Shown: positions 29,429 through 37,857 of the stretch, in pieces
Layout of the letters: each line of letters starts with the position of its first letter
Position numbering within the stretch: position 1 is the first letter of the stretch
Source: an uncultured Alistipes sp.
Lineage (GTDB): Bacteria; Bacteroidota; Bacteroidia; Bacteroidales; Rikenellaceae
DNA length: 64,000 nt
Direction of reading: 5' to 3'
NCBI RefSeq assembly: GCF_902388705.1
Contig: NZ_CABMQJ010000001.1
Location: forward strand, 78,454-142,453
The notes under the pieces: generated by a model
The model's database searches: none
What the model saw: only the letters and a program-made list of their open reading frames with translations
What the model was told of the DNA's origin: nothing
Made by a program: the position numbers and the translations under genes

Positions 29429-29464
29429 TGTAATTCAAACGATTGTATTTTTGTAAACAGCCTT

Positions 29465-29851
29465 CTATTCAGAGAGTTTCGTTGCGATTTCCCGGAACTC
29501 ATCCGGCGTTAATTTAAGCTTTTCGCGGCGGAAATCCACGTCATTTTCGCTTTGAATGGGGATTAAATGGATATGTGCATGGGGAACTTCGAGGCCTAAA
29601 ACGACCACAGCTACCCTTGCGCATGCTATTTCCTGTTTGATTTTAGCTGCTACACGTTTCGCAAAGAGCATCATGCCCGCCAGTGTCTGGTCGTCGAGAT
29701 CGAAAATGTAGTCGATTTCTTTCTTGGGGACAACCAATGTGTGCCCTTTTGTCAGCGGATTGATGTCGAGGAATGCATAGTAGTTCTCGTCTTCGGCGAT
29801 TTTATAGGACGGAATTTCGCCGGCAATGATGCGTGAGAAAATGGATGCCAT
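29465..29851 (-). CDS. HIT-family (histidine triad, Hint-like) nucleotide hydrolase
   Basis: MASIFSRIIAGEIPSYKIAEDENYYAFLDINPLTKGHTLVVPK...HAHIHLIP (HxHxHxx triad). Confidence 0.85.
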   Translation of the reverse strand: MASIFSRIIAGEIPSYKIAEDENYYAFLDINPLTKGHTLVVPKKEIDYIFDLDDQTLAGMMLFAKRVAAKIKQEIACARVAVVVLGLEVPHAHIHLIPIQSENDVDFRREKLKLTPDEFREIATKLSE

Positions 29852-29868
29852 ATTTTATCGTTTTTAAT

Positions 29869-30162
29869 TTAGTGTAAATTATTCGTAGGATGCGGGCCTG
29901 TGCTGGTCGTTGACTTTCGGCCTGCTGCAATGCGCCTGCCCTCCATGACCTGTTTGACAGCGGCGGCGCAGTTGATAATAATCGTTATCAGGAAGAGGCT
30001 GTCCGTGAACGAAAACTTCCTGTCGGGTGCCGTGAAGAGGCATATAAGCCATGCGATAGCGAGCAGGCACCAGCATCCCAGTGCGAGATAGCCTCGTTTG
30101 GCCTGTTTCTGCGCCTCCTGCCGGTGGTATTCCGCCAGCCATTGTTCTTCTTCGGGTGTCAT
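29869..30162 (-). CDS. mini membrane protein, paralog A (about 97 aa, 2 TM, N-terminus MTPEEEQW)
   Basis: ATG at 30162 in the context ttcttcgggtgtcat. MTPEEEQWLAEYHRQEAQKQAKRGYLALGCWCLLAIAWLICLF...FLITIIINCAAAVKQ... is homologous to paralog B. Confidence 0.45.
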   Translation of the reverse strand: MTPEEEQWLAEYHRQEAQKQAKRGYLALGCWCLLAIAWLICLFTAPDRKFSFTDSLFLITIIINCAAAVKQVMEGRRIAAGRKSTTSTGPHPTNNLH

Positions 30163-30214
30163 ATGTCTGTCGTCTAAAGGTTGATTTCCCGGAAGCGGGG
30201 CTTTTATACCGGGA

Positions 30215-30472
30215 TCAGATGTCGCCCCACGGTTTTTTGCCCGCCAAAACACGTTTGTTGTTGACAATGCCCAGAACCACGATTATAAATCCGCACACCA
30301 AGGTGATTATCGATGCCCAGCCGGGTATTTCCCTGTTCAGGCATATGAGTACGACCAAACCCAGCGTCAGGACGCTCCAGCATCCGAGTAGGATATACTG
30401 CAGTTTTAAGTTCCGTTTTATTTTTTCCGGATTGCAGGCGCTTGCCCGCCAACGCACTTCTTCGGGTGTCAT
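30215..30472 (-). CDS. mini membrane protein, paralog B (about 85 aa, 2 TM, N-terminus MTPEEVRW)
   Basis: ATG at 30472 in the same context cttcttcgggtgtcat. MTPEEVRWRASACNPEKIKRNLKLQYILLGCWSVLTLGLVVLICL...IITLVCGFIIVVLGIVNNKRVLAGKK. An alternative start MERPM lies 4 codons upstream. Confidence 0.45.
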   Translation of the reverse strand: MTPEEVRWRASACNPEKIKRNLKLQYILLGCWSVLTLGLVVLICLNREIPGWASIITLVCGFIIVVLGIVNNKRVLAGKKPWGDI

Positions 30473-30498
30473 CGGTCGTTCCATCGGAATTCGGGACG

Positions 30499-30972
30499 TT
30501 ATTCGTCGAATTTGGGCTTGAGTATCTCCGAGTATATAACGGCCTTGCGCAGGTCGAAATCCTCCGTAATTTCCGCTGCTGCGTCCTCTGTGGCCTCGGC
30601 ATGGGCCCGGGCAGCCCGTCCCGCAGCGGACGAGCCTTGCGCGGTCATTGTGGTGCTGTTGGGGGCAAGGCGTTCGGACTGCATGAAATCGGTCGCTTTG
30701 CCCGTTGTTTCTCCGAAACCCTCCGAGGGGACGGTCGGTGCCGGTACAGGACGTAATTCGGCTCTTTTCGCGCTCCTGGCGGCTTCTTCGGCTGCCGGAC
30801 GCTGCATATCGGCCGATGTCTGGGCATCCCACGAGGGCCATGCCTCGTTCCCGGCGTGTTTACCGGATTGTCCGGCGTGCTTTTTCGCCTGTTTGCGGGC
30901 CTGCGATACTCCGTTGAATACCATGGCCGCAACGATTGCGATGATCCATATTACGGTCGAGAAGTCTTCCAT
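30499..30972 (-). CDS. hypothetical protein with an N-terminal TM anchor and a low-complexity Ala/Lys-rich body
   Basis: MEDFSTVIWIIAIVAAMVFNGV (TM) then ..AKKHAGQSGKHAGNEAW... and a C-terminus DFDLRKAVIYSEILKPKFDE. Its start is 2 nt after the relA stop. Confidence 0.45.
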   Translation of the reverse strand: MEDFSTVIWIIAIVAAMVFNGVSQARKQAKKHAGQSGKHAGNEAWPSWDAQTSADMQRPAAEEAARSAKRAELRPVPAPTVPSEGFGETTGKATDFMQSERLAPNSTTMTAQGSSAAGRAARAHAEATEDAAAEITEDFDLRKAVIYSEILKPKFDE

Positions 30973-30973
30973 A

Positions 30974-33190
30974 TCAGCTTAAGGTTCGTTTAACGCTTTC
31001 AATGCCTTTTATCTTGCGCAGCTTGTCCATGACGTCATGCAGGCCCTCGGCATCCTTCACGTAGAGGCTTATGCTGCCTTCGAAGATGCCGTCGTGGCTG
31101 TGGATGCTGACCTCGCGGATGTTGATGCTGAAATCGCCGCTTACGACTTTCGCCAGGTCGAGCAGGATGCCCATGCGGTCGATGCCGCGCAGGTCGACTG
31201 TCACCAGGTACGACATGGCCTTGTGCTGCGACCATTTGATCTCTTCCTTGACGATGTTTTTGCCGAATTGCGCCGCGAGCCTGTCCAGCTCGTCGCAGCT
31301 GGCCTTGTGTACGATGATATTGCCCGTCGCAGGGTCGCGGTAGCCTACCACCTTGTCGCCGGGAATCGGCTTGCAGCATTCGGCGATTTCGAACTGCGGT
31401 TCCGGCGGAACCTCCCCGGTCGGGGCGATTTCACCCGGAAGGGCCGTGTCGTCGCCCTCTTCCTCCTCCTTTTTGGGGATGAAGAGCGTCCAGAACTTGA
31501 GTATCTTGCTTTTGGAATTGACTTTCAACGCCTTGTCCAAATCGTCGAGCTTGATGATGCCGGCGCCGATTTTGCTGTACAGTTCCTCCTTGTTGTTGCT
31601 TTCGTAGATGGGGACGATTTTGCGCAGTACGCGGCCGCTCAATTTGATATTCAGCGACTTCATCTTCTCGTCGAGCATCTGCATACCCCGCTCGATATTG
31701 TTTTGCCGCTCGCGCTTGAGGAAACTCTTAATCGACTGCTTGGCTTTGGCCGTGGTCACGACCTCGAGCCATTCGGGCTTGGGGCGCGCATTGTCGGCCG
31801 TGATGATTTCAATCTGGTCGCCGCTGTTGATGCGCGTAGTGATCGGCTCGAGTTTGTGGTTTATTTTGGCGCTGATGGCGCTGTTGCCTATTTTCGAGTG
31901 GATGTCGTATGCGAAGTCTAACGCCGTGGCGCCGAACGGCATTTTGCGGGCTTCTCCCTTTGGTGTAAATACAACTATTTCAGATGTATATAGCGACAAC
32001 TTGAAGTTGTCCAGGAAGTCGACCGCATTTTCCGTCGGGCTGTTCAGCGCCGCGCGTATCTGTTTCAGCCACTTGTCGAATTCATCCTCGTCCTGCGAGA
32101 TGGTAGCGTGCTTGTATTTCCAGTGCGCCGCGAAACCCCGCTCGGCGATGTCCTCCATGCGCTGGGTACGGATTTGCACCTCGACCCACACGCCGTCGGG
32201 CCCCATCACGGTCGAATGCAGGGCCTCGTAGCCGTTGGCCTTGGGCATCGAAATCCAGTCGCGCAGGCGGTCGGGCTTGGGGGTGTATATGTCCGTAATC
32301 GTGGAATATACCTGCCAGCACTGCGTTTTTTCGGATGGAAACGGCAGGGGTTTGAATACGATGCGGATAGCGAACAGGTCGTAAATCTCCTCGAAAGGAA
32401 TCTGTTTGCGCTGCATCTTGCTCCATATCGAGTAGACGCTTTTGACGCGGCCCGAGATTTCGTAATTGATGTTGTCGCGGTTGAGCGAGGCGATGATCGG
32501 GGCGTTGAACTTGTTGATGAACTCCCGGCGCGAAGCCTCTGTTTCGTTGAGTTTCTGGGTGATTTCGGCGTATTGCTGCGGGAAGCGGTACTTCATGCAG
32601 AGGTCTTCCAGCTCGCTTTTAATCGAGTAGAGGCCCAGCCTGTATGCCAGCGGGGCGAACAGGTAGATTGTTTCGCCCGTGATTTTAATCTGTTTGTTCA
32701 TCGGCATCGCTCCCAGCGTGCGCATGTTGTGCAGGCGGTCGGCGATTTTGATGAGGATGACCCGCACGTCGTCCGAAAGGGTCAGCAGTACTTTGCGGAA
32801 GTATTCGGCCTGCTCCGAGGTTTCGGCATTGAAAACACCCGACATCTTCGTAAGGCCGTCGACCATCGAGGCGATTTTCGGCCCGAAGATGCGTTCCATG
32901 TCCTCCACGGTGTACTCCGTGTCCTCCACGACGTCGTGCAGCAGCGCCGCCACGACCGATTTCACACCCAGTCCGATTTCCTCGATGACAATCTTGGCTA
33001 CTGCAATAGGATGCAGGAGGTACGGCTCGCCGGAGCGGCGCCTTACCCCCTGATGGGCCTCTTTGGCCAGGAAAAAAGCACGTTTGATGAAATTCCAGTC
33101 CTCGTCGTTCTTGCATATCTTGGTGCACGAGAGGAGCAGGTCGTCCCACTTTTCCTTGATTATGATTTCATCCTCGGCAGTATAATCCAT
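30974..33190 (-). CDS. relA: bifunctional (p)ppGpp synthetase/hydrolase RelA/SpoT
   Basis: HD hydrolase domain (..LHDVVEDT..), synthetase domain (YSIWSKMQRK, ..DLFAIRIV..), then TGS and a C-terminal ACT domain. 738 aa. Confidence 0.9.
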   Translation of the reverse strand: MDYTAEDEIIIKEKWDDLLLSCTKICKNDEDWNFIKRAFFLAKEAHQGVRRRSGEPYLLHPIAVAKIVIEEIGLGVKSVVAALLHDVVEDTEYTVEDMERIFGPKIASMVDGLTKMSGVFNAETSEQAEYFRKVLLTLSDDVRVILIKIADRLHNMRTLGAMPMNKQIKITGETIYLFAPLAYRLGLYSIKSELEDLCMKYRFPQQYAEITQKLNETEASRREFINKFNAPIIASLNRDNINYEISGRVKSVYSIWSKMQRKQIPFEEIYDLFAIRIVFKPLPFPSEKTQCWQVYSTITDIYTPKPDRLRDWISMPKANGYEALHSTVMGPDGVWVEVQIRTQRMEDIAERGFAAHWKYKHATISQDEDEFDKWLKQIRAALNSPTENAVDFLDNFKLSLYTSEIVVFTPKGEARKMPFGATALDFAYDIHSKIGNSAISAKINHKLEPITTRINSGDQIEIITADNARPKPEWLEVVTTAKAKQSIKSFLKRERQNNIERGMQMLDEKMKSLNIKLSGRVLRKIVPIYESNNKEELYSKIGAGIIKLDDLDKALKVNSKSKILKFWTLFIPKKEEEEGDDTALPGEIAPTGEVPPEPQFEIAECCKPIPGDKVVGYRDPATGNIIVHKASCDELDRLAAQFGKNIVKEEIKWSQHKAMSYLVTVDLRGIDRMGILLDLAKVVSGDFSINIREVSIHSHDGIFEGSISLYVKDAEGLHDVMDKLRKIKGIESVKRTLS

Positions 33191-33193
33191 ACC

Positions 33194-34207
33194 TTATGCT
33201 TTAGGGTTCTTCATGGCCTCGCGTACCTTGGCCTCGATTTCGCTGCGGAGCTCCCCGTCGTTTTTCAGCAGTTCCTTGACCGCGTCGCGCCCCTGTCCTA
33301 TCTTCCTGTCGCCGTACGAGAACCAGGAACCGGCTTTCTTGAGTACGCCGTAGTCGACGCCCAGATCAACAATCTCGCCGATTTTCGAGATGCCTTCGCC
33401 GAACATGATGTCGAATTCCGCGCGTTTGAACGGCGGTGCCACCTTGTTTTTCACCACCTTGACCTTGGTGCGGGTGCCTAACTGGTCTTCGCCGTCCTTG
33501 ATGACCGACATGCGGCGGATGTCGATACGCACACTGGCGTAGAACTTCAGCGCATTACCGCCCGTCGTGGTTTCGGGGTTGCCGTATACGATGCCGATTT
33601 TGTCGCGCAACTGGTTGATGAAGATGCAGACCGTCTTGGTTTTCGAGATGCTCGAGGTGAGTTTGCGCAGCGCCTGCGACATCAGCCGGGCCTGCAGACC
33701 CATTTTCGAGTCGCCCATCTCGCCTTCGATTTCGGCCTTGGGCGTCAGCGCCGCTACCGAGTCGATAACGATGATGTCGATGGCGCTCGAACGAATCAGC
33801 GAGTCGGCGATTTCCAGCGCCTGCTCGCCGTTGTCGGGCTGCGAAATCAGCAGGTTGTCGACGTCTACGCCTAACTTCTGTGCGTAGAAACTGTCGAAAG
33901 CATGCTCGGCGTCGATAAACGCCGCGATGCCGCCCGCTTTCTGGGCTTCGGCGATGGCGTGGATGGCGAGGGTCGTTTTACCCGATGATTCGGGACCGTA
34001 AATTTCCACGACGCGGCCTTTGGGATAGCCGCCTACGCCGAGGGCCATGTCGAGGGTGATCGACCCTGTCGGGATAACCGGCACGTCGTTCACCTCCTGC
34101 GAGTTCATGCGCATGATCGAACCTTTGCCGAAGTCCTTTTCTATTTTTTCCATTACTGCGTTAAGCACTTTGAGCTTATCCGCGTTTACCTGTACTTTTT
34201 CTGCCAT
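33194..34207 (-). CDS. recA: recombinase RecA
   Basis: Walker [12 protein letters not shown], and the ..[19 protein letters not shown].. block. Full length at 337 aa. Confidence 0.95.
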   Translation of the reverse strand: MAEKVQVNADKLKVLNAVMEKIEKDFGKGSIMRMNSQEVNDVPVIPTGSITLDMALGVGGYPKGRVVEIYGPESSGKTTLAIHAIAEAQKAGGIAAFIDAEHAFDSFYAQKLGVDVDNLLISQPDNGEQALEIADSLIRSSAIDIIVIDSVAALTPKAEIEGEMGDSKMGLQARLMSQALRKLTSSISKTKTVCIFINQLRDKIGIVYGNPETTTGGNALKFYASVRIDIRRMSVIKDGEDQLGTRTKVKVVKNKVAPPFKRAEFDIMFGEGISKIGEIVDLGVDYGVLKKAGSWFSYGDRKIGQGRDAVKELLKNDGELRSEIEAKVREAMKNPKA

Positions 34208-34239
34208 TGTTTTGGTTGTTATTTTCTTTTATTTTACGC

Positions 34240-34797
34240 TTATCTGCCTTGCCGCCGCATCCTGTCGAGGGCTTTCATCTGGTCGGTGCGTTTGTCCGCC
34301 CGTGCGTCGCGCGGAACGGGGAAGCGTATCGTCCGGGCGTCCAGCGCACGATCCTGAAAAGGACTCCAGTTGTCGACCGAAGTGTTGCCGATGCTCATCC
34401 GCCAAGAGCCGACCTCTTTGTTCAGGTCGCGCTTCTGCGTGTGCCGGTGTGCTTTTATCACCGACTCCTGCGTCATGGCGCGGTGCTGCATCTCCTCTCT
34501 TATCTTGCGGCGGGCCCGCTGTATCGGGTCGACCTCCTCGCGCAGCCATTGGAGGCTGAACTCTTCGGGCGGGAGCATCCGCAGTTCGCGGGCCGCGGCA
34601 TGCGCCTTGGCCGCGAAATCAGCCGGGAATTCCTGCTGCGGTGCCGCCGGCCGTTCTGCTGCTACTCCCGCAGGGAGTTCCTGTGCGGGGTGCTTCGGAG
34701 AGCCCTGCGCCGGTTCCGCCGGGAGCTGCCTTGCATGCGACTGCAAGGTGCCGAACAGGCAGCCTGCTGCCAGTAATATGCTCCCGAACCGTTTCAT
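34240..34797 (-). CDS. hypothetical secreted protein (signal peptide, Pro/Ala-rich N-terminus, basic C-terminus)
   Basis: MKRFGSILLAAGCLFGTLQSHARQ (signal). Sits between bcp and recA on the same strand. Confidence 0.45.
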   Translation of the reverse strand: MKRFGSILLAAGCLFGTLQSHARQLPAEPAQGSPKHPAQELPAGVAAERPAAPQQEFPADFAAKAHAAARELRMLPPEEFSLQWLREEVDPIQRARRKIREEMQHRAMTQESVIKAHRHTQKRDLNKEVGSWRMSIGNTSVDNWSPFQDRALDARTIRFPVPRDARADKRTDQMKALDRMRRQGR

Positions 34798-34801
34798 TCG
34801 C

Positions 34802-35263
34802 CTATTTGTATGCGTCCAGAATCTGCTGGTAATGGTTTGCGGTGTTTACCTTCGTAAACAATTTCTCGATACGCCCCTCGGCGTCGATAACGAACGTCGT
34901 GCGCAGTACGCCCATGTATTTGCGGCCGTACATCGATTTCTCGGCCCAGACCCCGTAGGCTTCGCAGACGCTGTGGTCGGTGTCGGACAGCAGCGTGAAA
35001 TTCAGGTCGTGCTTCGCACAGAAGTTTTTGTGCGACTTTTCGCTGTCGGGGCTCACGCCGATAATGCGGAATCCCATCCGCGCTAACTCTGCCTTGCCGT
35101 CGCGCAGGCTTTTGGCCTCGAGCGTGCAGCCCGACGTGTTGTCCTTGGGATAAAAATAGAGTATCGTGCGCTGTCCTTTCAGGTCGGCAAGCGACAGGGG
35201 CTCACCGTCTTGTGTCGTGGACTTGAAATCGGGGGCCATATCCCCTACCTGCAACTGTGTCAT
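34802..35263 (-). CDS. bcp: thioredoxin-dependent peroxiredoxin Bcp
   Basis: ..GQRTILYFYPKDNTSGCTLEA.. carries the peroxidatic Cys in the P..T/SxxC motif. 153 aa. Confidence 0.9.
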   Translation of the reverse strand: MTQLQVGDMAPDFKSTTQDGEPLSLADLKGQRTILYFYPKDNTSGCTLEAKSLRDGKAELARMGFRIIGVSPDSEKSHKNFCAKHDLNFTLLSDTDHSVCEAYGVWAEKSMYGRKYMGVLRTTFVIDAEGRIEKLFTKVNTANHYQQILDAYK

Positions 35264-35417
35264 CGGTTTGCGAAAAATTGTTTTTTGTTTCCTTAAAAAT
35301 AGTACGTGCCGTGCGCCGCGCCGATTTTTCGGCGTAATGCCCGGGCAGGGCGTATTTTGTGTAAAGATATAAATTTTCCGTGGATTTCTGCGCCTCCCGC
35401 GCCCACTTTTTTGCGGC

Positions 35418-35630
35418 TCAATCCCACATGTAGGTCACCTCTATCTGTTCGTTGAACTCCTCCTTCGAGGTGTTGAGTTTTTTCAGGCATGCCGGACACC
35501 GGATCGCCGTTTCTGTTTCGACGTATTCGCCGCATCCCACGCACATCGGCAGCATGCCGTAGCCGGGCTGCATGTAGTGCTCGAACTGCGCTCCGCAGTG
35601 CTTGCACCTGATTTTGTAAGCTGTTCCCAT
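35418..35630 (-). CDS. small zinc-ribbon protein (70 aa, three CxxC pairs)
   Basis: ATG at 35630 gives MGTAYKIRCKHCGAQFEHYMQPGYGMLPMCVGCGEYVETETAIRCPACLKK... The longer track ORF from 35726 lacks support. Confidence 0.45.
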   Translation of the reverse strand: MGTAYKIRCKHCGAQFEHYMQPGYGMLPMCVGCGEYVETETAIRCPACLKKLNTSKEEFNEQIEVTYMWD

Positions 35631-35753
35631 AATTGTTTTCTTTTTAGGTTCACGATACAAAGGAACGGCTCTGTTGTGACAACTTGTGACACACAAAGAA
35701 AAAACGTATGTTTTTTCGGAAAACATACGTTTTTTTCGGGAAAGCCGGGCGGC

Positions 35754-36284
35754 CTAATGATGGTGTTCGGCCTCCATGGCCTCCTGCTGGGTCTTGTGCA
35801 CGGTGCCGTGGGGATGCTCTGCGGGGGCGTAAATCGAGTAGATTTTCAGCGGCGTGTTCCCCTTGTTGACGATGTTGTGCCATTTCCCGGCGGGAACGAA
35901 AATCGCGAAATCGTCCGAGGCTTCCCGCACGAAGTCGAGGTTGTCCTCGCTGTCGCCCATCATCACCTGTGCCGTACCCTGTTCGATGCGCAGGAACTGG
36001 TCGATGTCATGGTGCTGTTCCAGCCCGACGTCACAGCCGACGGGAATCGCCATTACCGTGACCTGCAGGTTATTGCCCGTCCAGAGCGTAGTCCTGAAAT
36101 TCTCGTTCGACAGCGTATAGTCTTCGATGTTCAGCACGGTCGGCCCGGCTCCGTAATCTTTGAATACGACCTCTCCGGTCGTTTTTGCGCCGGGCGTTTC
36201 CGGTGCCGGGGCCTGCCGGCAGCAGGAGCCGGTCGCAAGTGCCGTGCACAGCACTCCCAGCATTATTGCGGTGTTTGTTTTCAT
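35754..36284 (-). CDS. cupin-domain lipoprotein
   Basis: ATG at 36284 gives MKTNTAIMLGVLCTALATGSCC (lipobox). A cupin beta-barrel follows with ..FAIFVPAGKWHNIVNKGNTPLKIYSIYAP.. and a His-rich C-terminus EAEHHH. The 319-aa track ORF upstream extension is rejected. Confidence 0.6.
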   Translation of the reverse strand: MKTNTAIMLGVLCTALATGSCCRQAPAPETPGAKTTGEVVFKDYGAGPTVLNIEDYTLSNENFRTTLWTGNNLQVTVMAIPVGCDVGLEQHHDIDQFLRIEQGTAQVMMGDSEDNLDFVREASDDFAIFVPAGKWHNIVNKGNTPLKIYSIYAPAEHPHGTVHKTQQEAMEAEHHH

Positions 36285-36328
36285 GGTGTCGGTGTTTTGT
36301 TTTACACAAATATAATGAAAAAACCGTG

Positions 36329-37225
36329 CTAAAAAATGTTCGCGTCGATATATTCGCGGATATATTTCGCCAGTCCCGGCGAATCGACGATGCGGATGTC
36401 GTCCAGCAGTCCCACGACGAAGCGTCCCACTCCGGCGTATCCTGCGACCTCCGTGTCGAGCAGCCAGCGTCCCCGGCCCGACGGCCGGACGTCGCGCTCG
36501 GCCAGCGGATACTCCTCGCACAGCAGGTTGTAGGCCAGTAATCCCAGTTCCAATTGTACCCGGTGGCGTGTTTGTCCGTGCATGCGGAAAACGTCGATGA
36601 ATCCCTCGCAGTGCTCCTTCCCGTGCTCCCATGCGGCTTCGGTAAGTTCCACCGCTCCGATGCGCGAAGTCTTGAATAACTTGCAGGCGCCGGCTTCCGG
36701 GTCGTAACACCACACCTGCACATAGTTGGTGGTAAAGGCGAACGGCTCTACCCTGCGGTCGCGGACTTCGCCGCCGTGTGCCGACTGGTAGCTGTGCAGG
36801 ACGACCTGCCGCTGCTCGCCGATGGCCTCGATCAGCGTGCGGATGTTCGGGGCGTTCTTGCCCCTGACCACCGTGTCGGCCAGCGTTTTGTTGTCGTAGA
36901 CCGAGTAGAGTTTGCGCTTGAGGTTCTGCTTCAGCATGTTCGTGTCGTCGATGTTCTCGATGGCGCTTTTCAGGATTACGGCCTCTTCTTCGGTGAAATG
37001 TACCAGCTGCGAGATGTCGCGGAAATGCGGCGATTCCTTGTCGAGGCGGATGCAGTCGCCCGATTTTTTGATGACGAAGCCCGCCTCGCGGAACGTGTCG
37101 ATATAGCGGTATACCGTGCGGCGCGACATGTCGAGCCGTTCGGCCAGCTGGTCGATGTTGTACGTGGTATTCGCCGTCAGCAGCTTCATCAGCCGCAGCA
37201 GGCGTTCGAGTTTGGGTTGGTCCAT
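36329..37225 (-). CDS. WYL-domain transcriptional regulator (N-terminal HTH, WYL, then a C-terminal WCX-like extension)
   Basis: HTH: LERLLRLMKLLTANTTYNIDQLAERLDMSRRTVYRYIDTFREAGFVI. WYL domain region: ..VVLHSYQSAHGGEVRDRRVEPFAFTTNYVQVWCYDPEAGACKLFKTSRIG.... 298 aa. Confidence 0.75.
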   Translation of the reverse strand: MDQPKLERLLRLMKLLTANTTYNIDQLAERLDMSRRTVYRYIDTFREAGFVIKKSGDCIRLDKESPHFRDISQLVHFTEEEAVILKSAIENIDDTNMLKQNLKRKLYSVYDNKTLADTVVRGKNAPNIRTLIEAIGEQRQVVLHSYQSAHGGEVRDRRVEPFAFTTNYVQVWCYDPEAGACKLFKTSRIGAVELTEAAWEHGKEHCEGFIDVFRMHGQTRHRVQLELGLLAYNLLCEEYPLAERDVRPSGRGRWLLDTEVAGYAGVGRFVVGLLDDIRIVDSPGLAKYIREYIDANIF

Positions 37226-37229
37226 ACTG

Positions 37230-37745
37230 TTATTGTCCGTATTTTTCGAGGTATCGGCAAAGCGTTTTGTATAGTTCGTTGCGTTGGCAGCTGATTAAAT
37301 CCGGCGAGATGTTTATCGCGGATCCCGTCAGGCTGCGGTTCCATTTGGTCAGTCGCATGCGAAACCGGTTGCGTTCCTGCCTGGCCTCTTCCGGGATTTC
37401 ATACGTGACGACTGCGATAAAAGACTGGCTCTGGAGTCGGATTTCATTGAAAACCCGGATCTCGCTCCATTTCAGGTCGTATTGTTTCCCGTTTGGCTGG
37501 CGTATTGTGATTTTTTCCGGTGTGAGTATCAGGGCTTCGCTGTTGCGTGACAATTGTCGGAGAATGCCGAGTCCGTAGATGAAACAGGCTCCGAAGAAAA
37601 GGCTCCCCAGACACCCGATTATCCAGATAAGCGGATTTTGCGGCCGCAGGCGGATGAGCAGCACTCCGCATGCGACGAATGCCGGAGCGCACAGCAGCAG
37701 CAATGCTGCCATCCGCAGAACCTTGAAACGATAGATTCTTTTCAT
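37230..37745 (-). CDS. membrane protein with two N-terminal TM helices and a bacterial PH-like domain
   Basis: MKRIYRFKVLRMAALLLLCAPAFVACGVLL..IWIIGCLGSLFFGACFIYGL (2 TM) then ..ALILTPEKITIRQPNGKQYDLKWSEIRVFNE.. (YcxB/bPH_2-like). Confidence 0.45.
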   Translation of the reverse strand: MKRIYRFKVLRMAALLLLCAPAFVACGVLLIRLRPQNPLIWIIGCLGSLFFGACFIYGLGILRQLSRNSEALILTPEKITIRQPNGKQYDLKWSEIRVFNEIRLQSQSFIAVVTYEIPEEARQERNRFRMRLTKWNRSLTGSAINISPDLISCQRNELYKTLCRYLEKYGQ

Positions 37746-37857
37746 GGAGACAAAGATATAAAAAAAGCCGTGACAAAACCTGTCACGGCTCCCTGTTTGG
37801 GTATTACGGTATGCAAAGGCGCGCAGCTTTTCGGAAGATTTCCGTCTTCCGCGAAGC

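Noticed and set aside
31037-33481. ORFs of 294 and 457 aa on the plus strand
   Set aside because: Antisense to relA/spoT, whose HD, synthetase, TGS and ACT domains are all recognisable on the minus strand.
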